Shown here one piece after another: positions 49,291 to 62,760 of a DNA stretch of 64,000 nucleotides; position 1 is the stretch's first letter; every line of letters starts with the position of its first letter. A program made the translations under genes and the position numbers. The notes under the pieces are model-generated. The model saw only the letters and a list, made by a program, of their open reading frames with translations. It was not told where the DNA came from and ran no database searches. The DNA comes from Octopus vulgaris (Eukaryota): the NCBI GenBank assembly GCA_951406725.2, contig OX597824.1, positions 40,982,001 through 41,046,000 of the forward strand. Direction: 5' to 3'.

Positions 49291-52200
49291 CGTCAAATGT
49301 AATGCATATTTTCTCATATTGTTTTGAATTAAGCATGCATTATCTTGTAGTTTCAAGATTTCAGTGATGTAAATGTTTATTTTTACAATGACAGGAGGAT
49401 AGGTGTAAGAGGTTATGTGTAGCCAGTTTCAACATAAAACAGGTACAGTATTTTGACCTGATATCAAGTGGTCGTGTGACTGACCAGGCAATCAGATGTT
49501 GTTACACATCACTGGTCACAATGCATCTTTGCTTTGATTTAGCCTTCAAATAATACCACCCTGCTGGCTAGGCAAACAGGCCAACATTTCCCTTTGTTTG
49601 AAAGGAGGACTGGAACAACATGAAATGAAGTGTTTTGCTCAAGAACACAACATGCCACTCAGTCTGAGAATTGAACCCACGGTCTAGTGATTATGAGTGC
49701 AACAGCCTAACCACTAGGCTTAAATGTTAAAGGGCTAAAGTTATTTCAGTCAACAATACTCCTATTACAAGCATATTGGCTTGTGCTTTGTGAAATAAAA
49801 TAACTAATGTGTTATTGGAAAATTTTCTTAAGGTTACCTTCTGCAATAAGAACATAATTGAGTTAATTCAAAATATAACTGTAATGAAAAAATTCATTAG
49901 CATGAATGACAATTGTTCTCAAAAGGTGTTTGGGAGCGAAATCCTATGATTTCATTTCAATACAGATCTATGCGAGTAGAGAGTGGTTTTGATCTTTGGT
50001 AGGTAGGGTAATGATTTTGGATATGTCGTTTAGTCCTCCATTCTAAATTCAAATCTCAGAGAAGCCAAACATTTAAGGAATTTTTGCGACAACATTTTTA
50101 ACAAAATGCACATCTCTCTGTTTGAATTCATCTTGGAACTAACCGAGAATTTTGAAGGAATTAGTAAACTAACATTTTCATTAATTGGTATATTTTAATC
50201 TGATGTTTGGAACACAACTTTTAAAATAGTTTTTACATGAAATTTTGGTGGATAGTTTTTATATGCACTTTGAACATGTGAGGTTTTGTGATATGAAGCC
50301 TGAGATGGTTCCCAGGTGAGTTTCTATCATCAAGACACTTAAACAAAACAACCTTCATAATTGTCGTCATCGTCATCATTATCGTTGTTGTCGTCGTTAT
50401 GATCATCATCACTAGTATGATGATAACTTCTGCTTTTTCATGTCAGCATGAGTTAAATGGGACATTTTGAAACAGTGGCTTATAGCTGGATACCTTTCCT
50501 GATGCCAGGCTCTTTTAGTCACCTCATATGATGTGTAGAGATATGGTTACACCTGTTGTAAAAGCTGGGACCTACATTGGTACACTTAAACTAAACTGCA
50601 TCATCATCATCATCAAATAATATTCCTTTCATTCATTTCAAGCATAGAAACCAAAATTGAATAACGGTCCTTTTGAATCTCTATTCTATGTTTAAACGAT
50701 AAAGCTTAAATTTTTTTCTTTTGTAAATCTTCCAATACAACAAATAGTTTCTAAGTAAAATTGATCCAGTTTTTGTTGTTAATGTTGTTGTTCATTTGTA
50801 TTCATGTAAGTATTGGATATTTCTAAATTTCTTTGTTTCTGATTTTTGGTTGCTTTCACTCTGCCATAGTTCCTTGCCTTGCACTCTTGTTTGTTTGTTT
50901 GTTTCTCTCTTATCTTTTTACGTTTTGGATTTGTTATCTCTTAATGCTCTTTTATTTATTTACTGTTTTTTCAGTTTAATTTTGTTAAACAGTTTTTGTT
51001 ATTGTATTGTATATTCCCATGTATTCATGTATCTACTTCTCATGTATTCATTCTCTTAATTTATGCAAAATCTTTGCAGGTTGACGTCTTTTTCGTTGTT
51101 CTTATCTCCCTCTTCTTCCCACTTTTCCTGCTTCTCCTTCTTCGGTCGACTTACATTGGGCACGACAAGGGACACACCACATATCCTGATAATCATTGGA
51201 TTTCTTTCCATATCACTGTTCCATCATTATCTCTTTTCAAAGCTAATAATGCCTGAGGTCACTACACTTCATAGGAATACTGTACTCATTGGGGTTTATG
51301 ATCTTCCTCCTCCTTTAAGGTGTAAAAGAATGTTAACTGAAAACAAAATAGTTAAGAGTGGAAATGGAAAAATCAAGACATACATAACTAAAATGACTCT
51401 TCCATGAGTAGAATATTTCATACTTGAGTATTATTGACTATTTCCCTTTAACTAGATAATATGGAGAATTGGACAGACTAAAAATATAAATTTTAATCTA
51501 TGGTGTTCAACTTTCTGAGAGCAGACTATACCTAATGGTAACTGAGCAGTTACTTTCATTGACTGGTCTACAGATTGTTTGAACTACTGTAGTGACTGTT
51601 TTATTTGCAGCACTGCCTGCCATTTGCATCCACTCACCATTCCATACTTTTTCCTGTATGTTTTGATCATTTTGTGCTGTCCATTCCATTGATGGTTTTT
51701 TTGTAGATCATCAATAAACCAATATTCAACTCGCCGTTTCTACTGGCAGCCTTTACTGCAAAGCATCTCACTGACAACCAAATCACACTCTTTCTCCATT
51801 TATTTTACTTTCCAATAAGCATTGAGTCAGCCCCTAAATTTTGAATTTTGTTGCACTAAGTATATGTGAAACAAATGACTTTTTGCACAGGAAGCTAGTT
51901 TATGATCGGTAGCTTTTTCCATAAAAGGAACTGAATTCATGTACTTGAAGTGAAAAAGCTACAGTGGGCTGGCATTCTTGGAAGGAAGAACTGGATGTTG
52001 TGGTTAGTGTGGGGCTTGGTGGTGTGGACATAACAAGGGTTATGAGATGAGGAGAGGCAAGTGGAATAGGAATGTCTGAATGGAGGTGGTCAGCTCTGAG
52101 AGGAGACAGTGCACCTGTTGGTCAAAGAGACTGGTGTGTATCTATGAGTGACTTTATGTCAGTCAGTGACTAGGTTGCAGAAGTGCAACAAAACTTTTTA

Positions 52201-52342
52201 ACACTTAATAGAAGACAGTACTATTAAGAAATAAGCAGAAAGTTTATTTTCTTACATAGCTAAAATGACTCTTTGATATGAGTAGAACATTATTTACATT
52301 ATTTACAATTGACGGATATTTGTTCTCATCTTGTTTGTTGTT

Positions 52343-52388
52343 AACACAATGTTTCAGCTGATATACCCTCCAGCCTTCATCAGGTGTC
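52343..52388 (-). ncRNA. Minimal type I hammerhead ribozyme motif (left arm)
   Basis: Minus strand reads gacac-CTGATGA-a-ggctg-gagggtatat-cagct-GAAA-catt-gtgtt. Confidence 0.7.
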
Positions 52389-52629
52389 TTGGGGAAATTT
52401 TGAACCTGGGTTCTCATTTCTAAGGTATTTTTCGATGTTGTTGTTATTGTTATTATTATTATTCAGGTCACTGCCTGGAATCGAACTCGGAATCTTGGGG
52501 TTAAGAGCCCGGGCTACTAAACACAAGATTCCAAGTTCGATTCCAAGCAGTGACTTGAATAATAGTAATAATAATAACAACATTGAAAAATACCTTAGGA
52601 ACAAGAACCCAGGTTTGAAATTTCCCCAA

Positions 52630-52675
52630 GACACCTGATGAAGGCTGGAGGGTATATCAGCCGAAACATTGTGTT
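52630..52675 (+). ncRNA. Minimal type I hammerhead ribozyme motif (right arm)
   Basis: gACAC-CTGATGA-a-GGCTG-gagggtatat-CAGCC-GAAA-catt-GTGTt. Stem I ACAC/GTGT, stem II GGCTG/CAGCC, inferred ancestral palindromic stem III AACGTT. Confidence 0.75.
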
Positions 52676-53039
52676 AACAACAAACAAGATGACAAATATC
52701 CGCCAATTGTAATTAATGTAAATAATGTACATAATTCCTCATCTCTTAAATATAGAGCTGTATTATGAGTAGAACATTTCATACTTGAGCATTATTGATT
52801 ATTTCACTTTAACTAATAGGGTTATTTCCATTGTAATTCCTCTTTTATTTATTTATCTATTTATTTTTTCTTTTACTATTTTACCAACATTATTATAACT
52901 CTCTCTCTCTCTCTCTCACACACACTCTCTCCCCCTCTCTTTTACATGCATACAATTTTATAGCTCTCATTATCACTGCTTCCCTTTACTTTCCATACTC
53001 CTGTTGTCTCAATAAATGAAAATATTTGTTCCTAAGCAT

Positions 53040-53870
53040 TTGTATCCATCTATCCACCCATCCATCCACCCATCCATCTACCCATCCATATTTGCCCCTT
53101 TCTTCTTTCACCTGTGTTTATCAATATTACATATTATACTGGTTTTATTTATATTTCACTCTGTCTCTGCTTGTCTGTATGTCAGACTGTTTGTTTGCAT
53201 GTCTGTCCGGCTGTCTCTCTGATAGTCTGTCTGTCTGTCTGTCTGTCTCTCTGACGGTCTGTTTGTCTCTGTCTCTCTCCCTCTTCTTGTCTGTCAGTAT
53301 GTCTCTGTTTGCTTGTCTGTCTCTCTCCTCTTTCCCTTTCTCTCGTACACCCTCTCTTTCTGCTCATCTGTCTGTCTGTTTGCCTGTCTGCCAGTTTGTC
53401 TGTCTGTCTCTGCTTGTCTGTCTGTTTGCCTGTCTGTTTACTTGTCAGTTTATCCAATATGTTGTCTGCCTGCTTGTCTGTTTCGTTTGCATGACTACAT
53501 GTTTATTTCCCATGTCTGTCTGTCTGTCTACCAAGGATCTACAACCATCTGTATCGGTCTATATTTTCCCCAAAATTTCAATTGTCTAATCATCCTAGAG
53601 TTATTCCTCTTGCTCCCCTAACAAGGGGGAGATTCTTATCTACTTATTGCATGAATAATCAAAATTTTCAACTCGCATTACATATGTGAAACCCTCCCAT
53701 ATTTGAATTTAATATGCAGGGCACCTTAACCATATCTGCCTGCCTGTCTGTTTATCAATCTGTCTCTAACTACCAACCTTGGCTGTTTATCAGTCTGTCT
53801 GTTTGTATGCCATCCTGTCTATCTCTATCTCTATCTCTTTCTTTCCAACTATCTATCTATCTCTCTTTCT
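53040..53870 (+). repeat. (TCCA)n / (TCTG)n / (TCTA)n degenerate microsatellite region
   Basis: Visible directly. Source of the Cys/Leu/Ser/Val ORFs. Confidence 0.85.
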
Positions 53871-54269
53871 AGACTTGAATTTCCATCGTCAGTATTGTGT
53901 TCAGAAATCTCCTGTCTTGTGGGATTATGTCCTGCTGATTTAGCAGCTGGTCCTCCTCTTCTACCGAAGACTGCTTTTGCCTGTCAGCAGAATCCTCTTA
54001 TACATCAATCATCGACTAATTTATACATTATATATGCAACGATAATAACAGTAATGGTGATTATTATTATTATTATTTTTGTTTTTTTTTTACATTGGCA
54101 CAGGGTTGCACATTTGTAGGGAAGGAGTTTTATCACTGGAATCGACCAAGAATCTTAGTCCTGATGGAATTTGAACTGGGGCACAATCAAATATTAAACT
54201 AGGCACCCTTGATGTGTATTGCCTGAGCTTCCTTTTTCACAACTTTCCAACCCTCTCCATAATAATAAC

Positions 54270-54850
54270 TGTTTCAAATTTTGGCACAAGGCCAGCAATT
54301 TTTAAGAGAGCGGGCAAGTTGATTAAATTTGTTATTAACGAGCACTTTATTTTATTGACCCTGAAAGGATGAAAGGCAAAGCTGACCTTGGTAGTATTTG
54401 AATACTATAATAATAATAATAATAATAATAATACTATAATAATAATAATTTTGGCACAAGACCAGCAGGTTTGGGGCAGTGGCTAAATCGATTACATTGA
54501 TCTCAATGTTCAACAGGTATTTATTTTGACTCTGAAAGGATCAAAGGCAAAGTCAACCTCAGTGGCATTTGAACTCAGAATGTAAAGACGGACAAAATTC
54601 CACTAAGCACTTTGCCCAACATGCTTATGATTCTGCCAGCTCACTGCCTTAATAATAATTTCTAATTTAGGCATGAGGCTAGCAATTATGAGGGAAGGGA
54701 ATTTAGTTGATTACATTGACCCCAGTACTTGACTGGTGCTTTATTTTATCGACCCCACAGAAGGGTGAATGGCAAAGTTGACATCAACAAGAATTGAACT
54801 CATAATGTAAAGATTGGAAAAATTTTTTTAAAGTATTTTGTTCAACACTT
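54270..54850 (-). mobile_element. Head-to-tail cluster of three SINE family B copies (the first 5'-truncated)
   Basis: Repeated ttttggcacaag...gaaaggatgaaaggcaaagt.gacct..g...atttgaact blocks separated by (AAT)n. Confidence 0.78.
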
Positions 54851-55609
54851 TACCAGTTCTGCCCTACCATGCAATAATTACTTGTAGATTAGATGCAAAA
54901 ACAGGAATTTTGGATAAGGGAACATTTGAGGAAATTGACCCATATTACTTGACCCTACAACATTTAGAATCTGCAAACATGACTAAATACCTATTGGCAC
55001 TCTCCTAAGCTGGTATTCGATTCCCTAAATTGTTTCTAACATTGGCACAAGTCTTTGGGTTTAAACATTGATTCCTAACAGCTTGGAAGCAATAACAACA
55101 TTTTAGCACAGATTACCAGGATAAAACTGAGCCAATGAAAAAGCCTCTATGTTGTCATTTGGCATGCTAGAAATAGCATCCAAATTTCCTTCAGATCTCA
55201 TATTACAGTCTTAGAAAAGACAGTAGTAATGTGGTCCAGGGTTCCTTGCACATAGTAAAGAGAAGAGGTAGTTACAATTGGATTGTCTTTGATCATAAAT
55301 CTGCTTGGTCAGAGCTGTAATGGGGCTAACAAACAAACAACAGAAACAATGATCACTGTAATATTGAATTAAAAAGATAACTTCTATGCAGTTAGTTGAC
55401 ATGCTACAGATAACAACCAAAACTTTGCATTCACAATCTGCCATCTTTAAAAAAATAAGCAGGACACATTGGCCATGCAGTCATAAATATACCGAAAATG
55501 GGATGGTCGTGACTGTTTGAGATACCTTTGATCATGGGGTCTGCATGATCAGAGATGATTGAGGTCTGAACTAAGATACCTAACTCAATAGCCAAGTCTT
55601 ACTTAGTGT

Positions 55610-55855
55610 GGAGGCGTGTGGCTTAGTGGTTAGAGTGTTGGACTCATAATCATAAGATTGTAGTTTTGATTCCTGGACTGAGAGCCGTGTTGTGCTCTTG
55701 AGCAAAACACTTCATTTCACATTGCTCCAGTCCACTCAGCTGGCAATAAATGAGTAACACTGTGCGGGACCAATGTCCTGTTCAGATGGGGAATATGTAC
55801 ATCATGGAAACTGGGAAACCAGCCCCTATGAGTCTATATGACTTGGGAAGGAATT
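55610..55855 (+). mobile_element. SINE family C
   Basis: ggaggcgtgtggcttagtggttagagtgttggactcataatc head plus the gagcaaaacacttcatttcac core. Confidence 0.82.
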
Positions 55856-58649
55856 TTATCCCCCCTTTATCCCAAGTCTTAGTAGGAACTACAGGTGCTA
55901 CATAGTTGTAAGCAGCAGTATTGTGTGATTGATGAAGGGTTTGTTTGCTTGAATTGCCGAGTTCAAGTTCCTCGGTGATACATCAGTTTCTTAACAAGGG
56001 AAAGATTTATCTCCTGTCCACTCAAGGCTTTAGAAATTTGAGGACAGCCACCTTTTTCTCCCTAGATGCTTTGTAGTTTATAGAAGAATTAGCTGCTATG
56101 TCTTAGTTAGTATTCAACATTTCTGTGCCAAACCATGCCAAACTAAAAAACTGGTGTAAGGAAATAAAACTAAGGATAAAGAATTTGTTTTGAAACCACT
56201 TAGTTTCAGGTTCAGTCCCACTGTGTAGCATCTTGGACAGGTGTCTTTCTTCTACTGTAGCCACAGATCAAACAATGCCTTGTGAGTGAATTTGATATAA
56301 CAAAAATGTGTAGAAGCCTGTAAGCTTTTGTATGCATGTGTGTGTATGCATGCTAATTGTAAATAAATGACACTGTTATACCAGCAGTGTCATTTGTATA
56401 CAGTCTTCTGTGAAACTATGCCTGGTAATTGTGTTATGTTTGAAGGACAAAGGGAATACATTACCTTTCTTGGAAATACCATAGCGAGTGTCTCAACAAA
56501 TCTTGTCTGACTCATCCAAGCAAGGAAGGGTCATCCGTCCACACCATCCTTTTTACTAACAGGTTGAAGGACCACATCTTGCTCCAATATTTTGGTTTTG
56601 GTGTAGTTTCTACAGTTGGATACCTTTCTAACATCTACAACTTTACAGAGTGCACTGGGTGCTTTTTTGTTTTTGGTGGGGGCGGGCACCAGACGGGAAA
56701 ATGGTTTACAAAAGAAGGCTCTTGTTGATCAATTATAAACAGCTTAGAATTTCATCTAAGTTATTTTTTTCTCAATTATTGAGTCAAACATGACTAGATA
56801 GTGGCTTTTGTGTATGGAGTTACATAAACTGAACTTTCATGTAACAGATTGACTGGAGTGGTTTCTATCTGTATTCTCTAACAATAACCAAAATAATCAC
56901 CACTCATTTGCTGGTTTTCTTATTCTCATTTTTTAAATATGTTTCCTTATGTGAAAGGATTAATATCTATCCTACACATTAGTGCATTGACTTTTCAATT
57001 GCTTCACTCTCATCATCAGAAATATATATTAACAGGTGATGAACCTAGGAAAGGAGGGACTGGATGAAGGTTCATACTTTTATTAAATGCATTATCAGAG
57101 TAAATAACCTAAAATCAAACTAGTCACTGGCATATTGATATTTTGTTTACATATGATGTTACACTCCCTGCACTTTTAGAAATAGTTTGTTAATTCATTT
57201 GTTATATAGTTGGTATCTTAAAATTATTGTGTAAATGAAAAGGTCCAATATTTATGTTCATGTTGAGGAGGGATTGATAATATTTTTTTCCTTATTTTCA
57301 TCAAAGCAATAAAACAGTTTTCTCACAAAAGATACTTGATTTCTTTATATTCTTGTCAATAACAACCAACACAAACTCCTCCTCCTCTGCCACCACCACC
57401 ACTAAGAGAACCATTAATGCTCTTTTACTCTTTTACTTGTTTCAGCCTTTGAGTTGTGGCCAGTCTGGAGTACTGCCATTTAAACTAAACAGAAATGACA
57501 CTATCATAGTTAGATTATAGGGTCTCATGTATAATAAAATAAAGTGAGGTACACAGACTTTGATCAAAAACGACGTCTTGGAGTGATTAAACTCTAAATA
57601 ACAACAAGCAAAGAAGTTTTTCAACTTACTGTATCACATACATGAGATCCTACTGTATTTTTATGCATATCTAATTTGCAGATCACATCACTAAAATATT
57701 TTTCACCAGCCATGTTGTTGATCTTAATAATCAGTGTTGCTATATTATCTTTCTCACCCTCCCTCCCTCTCCTTCCCTCTCTATATATATATATGAGGGA
57801 CAGAACTCCAAAGTCACTGTTAACAACATTCATGTATAAGAATAATACATTTGTACTCTAAAAAAGTATAGAGTAAGCTTTACTGTGTGGTGCCTAGGAC
57901 AAGTGTCTTCTATAACCTTGGGCTGACCAAATCCTTCTGAGTGGATTTGGTAGATGGAAACTGAATAAACCCCACAATATACTATGTGTTTGTTCCTCCT
58001 CTGTTTTGATATTGTGTGATAGTTGTAAACAAGTGTCACCAACATACAAGCGGTGTCAGCTGTTTCCAATATTCTGTAAAAAACATGTCAGGTCATGGGA
58101 AAATGTTACCTTGCTTGGAAACGTGTGACGGTTGATGACAGGCAGGGCATTCAGATGTAGAAAATCTGCTTCATTGAATTCCATTTGACCTATGCAGGTA
58201 TAGAAAAGTTGATGGTGATAATGATTTTGATCACCTTAAGTTTTGTCAACTTGATAGAATATGTTTTCCTTGAAGAGATTTGATAAGACAGAAACATGTC
58301 CTATTTTCACCAGTTAGAGTTTTAGGACCAGATTAATTCAAAATGCATTTCCTTTATTGTCAAAAAATTTGGATATGATTTTTTTTTTTTCAGTTATTTC
58401 TCTGTTATTTATAGATTTTGAAACACTTTCCAGGGAAGTTTTTCTATTCTAATTGTTCAGATAGTCTCAGTTGATCAAAGTTTTTAAACTCTTTTTATTA
58501 CATATATGATACACCTTACCATATTTGTAATTAGTATTTGTCTAACCTGTGCTATCGTGGGAGAAAAACTTCAACCCCTTATCATTTAGATTACTCTGTC
58601 AAATGTAATACTTATTTATACATATTATTTTGAATTAATCACAGTTAGT

Positions 58650-58980
58650 GAAGATGCATGGCTCAATGGTTAGAGCATTAGACTCATAACCATGAGGCAG
58701 TGAGTTTGATTCCTGGTCCGGGCTGTGTGTTGTGTTCTTGAGCAAGACACTTTATTTCTTGTTGCTCCAGTTCACTCAGCTGCAGAAATGACTTATGATG
58801 TCACTAGTGCCAAGCTTTATCTTTCTCTTGGTTAACATCAGTGGCGTGGAGAAAGGAGGCTGATATGCATGGGTAACTGCTGGTCTTCTATAAACAACCT
58901 TATCTGGATTTGTGCTTTGGAGGGGAACTTTCTAGGTGTAATACCATGATCATTCTTGAGTGAAGTGGGTCTTTACCCAA
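58650..58980 (+). mobile_element. SINE family C inserted within a piggyBac-like MITE
   Basis: MITE sequence stops at about 58642 (gaattaatca) and resumes at about 58979 (aatcatggattatc). Confidence 0.72.
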
Positions 58981-61869
58981 TCATGGATTATCTTGTAGTT
59001 TTGATGATGCGATTGTTTATTTTCAGAACGACATTGTAGGTTAGGTGTGAGAGATTGGATCTGACCAGTTTCAGCATAAAACAGGTAGAATATTTGGGCT
59101 GGATATGGCAGGTTTAAATTTTGAAGAGCCAAATGATAATAATGATAATATATTGAAGGACACCTTGAGGTATTTTACCTCAGCTGTATTTATGACTAGA
59201 CAGATCAGCCTTACACAAATCTGAGTTAGAAAGTAATTTCTTGGTCTGCTTAGTGTTGGAAAGATTCTCAAATAAAGTATGTTACACTGTTTTGGTCAGC
59301 TGCTCCTTGCAATTTAGAACAGCGGGCTAAAGAAACTCCGCAGAAACAATTAAGACAGAGATAGCTGAGCAGACAACAATATTCATGTTGACCTGAAACA
59401 AAACTGATAAGATTGAAAAAAGTACAACCAATCCGAGTTTTGTCTCAGTAACATGTAATCCATGCTTGCAGCAAATGATGGATAAGAAGACTCTATCATC
59501 ATTAGCAGCAGCAGGAGGAGGAAAAATAGTCAAATTAATATTTATTGCTGTTTTCTTGGAACTTATATTAACTATCTGGGAGGTGCATGGTTTAGTGGTT
59601 AGGGTGTTGGACTCATAATTGCAAGATTGTAGTTTCAATTCCTAGACTGGGCATTGTGTTCTAGAGCAAAATACTTCATTTCATGTTGCTCTAGTCCAGT
59701 CATTTGGTAAAAATGAGTAATCCTGTGATGGACTAGTGTCCTGTCTGGGGAGGATTATAAACGCTGGAAAAACTGGTTCTCTGCTCTCTTAAGGAGTAAT
59801 GCAGACTAACTCACATTAATCATCAAATAATTCTAAAGATCATGATCCTTTTTCCAACCATCATTCCCTATATATCTTCAACCTTAAATCAGCTATCACA
59901 GAATTTTATTCCAAAACAAGCATTTAAACTGGTCAAAATATATTCTACCTGTTTTATCTTCAGACTGGTCAGATCTGGCCTTTTACACTTATCCTGCAGT
60001 GTCATTTTAAAATCAAACAATCGCATCATTGAAATCTCAAGGCCATGAAATAATGCATGATTAATTAAAATGACGTGAATACATAAGCTTTACGTTTGAT
60101 AGAATAATCTGAATGTTGAAAGGTTAAAGTGGCATCTAGGAAACCCACCATTTCCATCTAAGAACATTAAAATACAACCAGCCATACACTCAATAACATA
60201 AGCATTCCGCTCTCTCACACATAAGCTAAAAATATTTGGAAATATTTTAATGACTGTACCCCATTACTGTATTAACTTACTTGGAAGCAGTTAAGAGTTG
60301 GTAACAGGAAGGGCATCCAATTATAGAGTATCTGCCTCAGCACATTCTGCCTGACCCATGCAGGCATGGAAAAGTGGACGGTAAAACAACAATGGTGATG
60401 TTGGCATGTAAGTGATCTGTCAATAATAGGATTATTAAAGAAATATAAATTCTTGAAATGCTTGGCTTAAAAGGTTGATCATCACTGCTTGTAGTGAGAT
60501 GCACAGCACTAGAGATAAGTGCTAGGATGAACTTCATTGTATTCACTTTTGCTCTGCCTACCTCTAGACTCCTACCGAAAAAACAAGGACAAACTGAATT
60601 GTAGAGGAAATGTAGCATGCCCATACTTTTGCACTGCACTCGTATAATAAATAAATCACTGTGTATTGAGGCTTTAAACTAGGTGGAGATACAGTATGTC
60701 TGAAGTACTTGATATATGGATCAAACCTAGTAATTTGACTGATGGCATTTCTCTGTCTCCTTCGATCATGACTGATTAAGGCTACTCAAGAAACAAACAA
60801 AAAGATTTCTCTCTCCTTCTGTCTCTCTATCTGTCTCTCTCTCCCTCATCTCCATTTTCCATTTTTCCTCTCTTCCTCCAACACACACATGACACATTTA
60901 TGCATGTCTTTATCTTTTCTCAATCTATGGAAACCTTAGGCCATCTCTCAATATCAAACTCTTTGCACCTCACTCTACCAGTTCACTTTGCATTTCTTTT
61001 TTATTTATTTATTGATTTATAAAACTGTTATTTTTCTTGTTTTATGTTTCTTTTAGTTGTCTTCTTTATTTTCCAAATATGGATTGATATACAAAAATTG
61101 TTTTTTTGATTTTCTTTTTTTTTTTCGTTTAATATTTTTACATCTTTTGAATATTTTTGTCTTCTGCATTAGCATGACTCTATTGTCTACTTTACACACC
61201 CACATCATACACCATCCATATTTGTATGTATGTATGTGTGTGTGTGTGTGTATGTATGTATGTTTGTGTATTTATGTTTGTATGGATGACACAAAATAAC
61301 CAAGTGGATAAATTCATCAGTTGTGTGTTTTAATGTATTTCTTGGCAAATCAGTTAATTTATTCAATGTTGTTCAGTTCCACCTTGTTAATACAAATTAA
61401 ACAGATATATAATCAAAGGCATTCCAACCATGACCATTCTGTCTTTTTTTTCTTTAAATAGTATATCTAATCCTATTTATCCAATATGCCATTCTGTTTA
61501 TTAGATTTTAGGGCAATAGTTCTCATTCTTAAAAAATTTTTTTCCTATCTTCAAGATCAAACAGAAAAAAAAAATGACTAGCACACTTTTCTTGGAAAAT
61601 TAAAAAAAAATGTCTTAGTCCATTTATTACTGCATTTCTGTTGAAATACACTGCTTTTGTTTCAATAAATTTTGGAAATAATGAAGAAAGACTCAAATCC
61701 ACCCAATTCTACTTTAAGGGTATGTCCTGATACCTCATCAACATCATCTTCTCTCCTTTAACAACTAGGGTAGCCATGTGTCTCCTCTACAGTAAGACAC
61801 TTGTTCTTATCCTTTTATCATACTGTGGATTCATAAAACTTTGCATAAACTAACTGGCACACCCACAAT

Positions 61870-62185
61870 ACTAACTGGTATTCTGTCAGTTACGATGACA
61901 AACGTTCCAATTGATACAATCAATGGATCAGCCTGATTGTGAAATTAACATGCAAGTGGCTGAGCACTCCACAAACATATGTACCCTTAATGTTGTTTTG
62001 AGGGAGATTCAGTGTGACACAGAATGTGACAAGGCTGGCCCTTTGAAATACAGGTACTACTTATTTTTGCCATCTGAGTGAAGTGAAATGAAGTGTCTTG
62101 CTCAAAGACACAACACACTGAGGATTGAACTTGTGATCTAATAATCATGAGCCAGACACCCTAACCACTAAGCCATACATCTTTA
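61870..62185 (-). mobile_element. SINE family C
   Basis: Matches the body at 5718-6030. Confidence 0.78.
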
Positions 62186-62399
62186 CCCCACAATTAAAGG
62201 GTTTTGTCTTGCAAGCTACTTGGTGCCCTTACTGGTGTTGGTGATACAAAACAGCACCCAGTGCATCCTAGAAAATGATTGACGTTAAGAAGGGCATCCA
62301 GCTGTACAAAGCATATCCTAACTGACAGTGGCACTTGACACTGTCCTCTGATATGTTGGATCCTATCAAATTGTCCAATCCATGCCAGTATGGAATATT

Positions 62400-62760
62400 A
62401 CTCTTTTACTTGTTTCAGTCATTTGAGTGTGGCCATGCTGGAGCACCACCTTTAGTTGAGCAAATCGACCCCAGGACTTATTCTTTGTAAGCCTAGTACT
62501 TATTCTATCGGTATCTTTTGCTGAACCGCTAAGTTACGAGGACTTAAGCACACCAGCATCGGTTGTCAAGCGATGTTGGGGGGACAAACACACACACACA
62601 TATGATGGGCTTCTTTCAGTTCTGTCTACCAAATCCACTCACAAGGCTTTGGTCGGCTCGAGACTATAGTAGAAGACACTTGCCCAAGATGCCACGCAGT
62701 GGGACTGAACCCGGAACCATGTGGCTCGTAAGCAAGCTACTTATCACACAGCCACTCCCA
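62400..62760 (-). mobile_element. SINE family A (young)
   Basis: Closely similar to 21635-22060. Confidence 0.88.

Larger units (their letters stand above)
52292..52763. mobile_element. Palindromic tRNA-headed, hammerhead-bearing Penelope-like non-autonomous element (copy 2)
   Basis: Inverted arms of about 210 bp (52290-52497 vs 52524-52728) around a collapsed centre. B-box gagttcgattcc (minus) and aagttcgattcc (plus). 15-bp TSD TATGAGTAGAACATT at 52277-52291 and 52764-52778. Confidence 0.88.

Noticed and set aside
51930-52150. Possible CR1/Jockey-like LINE 3' remnant on the minus strand
   Set aside because: Too degraded to support by eye; needs an HMM search.
52380-52638. Mirror-image 84-aa ORFs on both strands with a poly-Leu stretch
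   Set aside because: Artefact of the palindrome and its (TTA)n linker.
58268-58302. cttgaagag...gaaacatgtc, superficially hammerhead-like
   Set aside because: The core box is imperfect, and neither stem I nor stem II can be formed convincingly.
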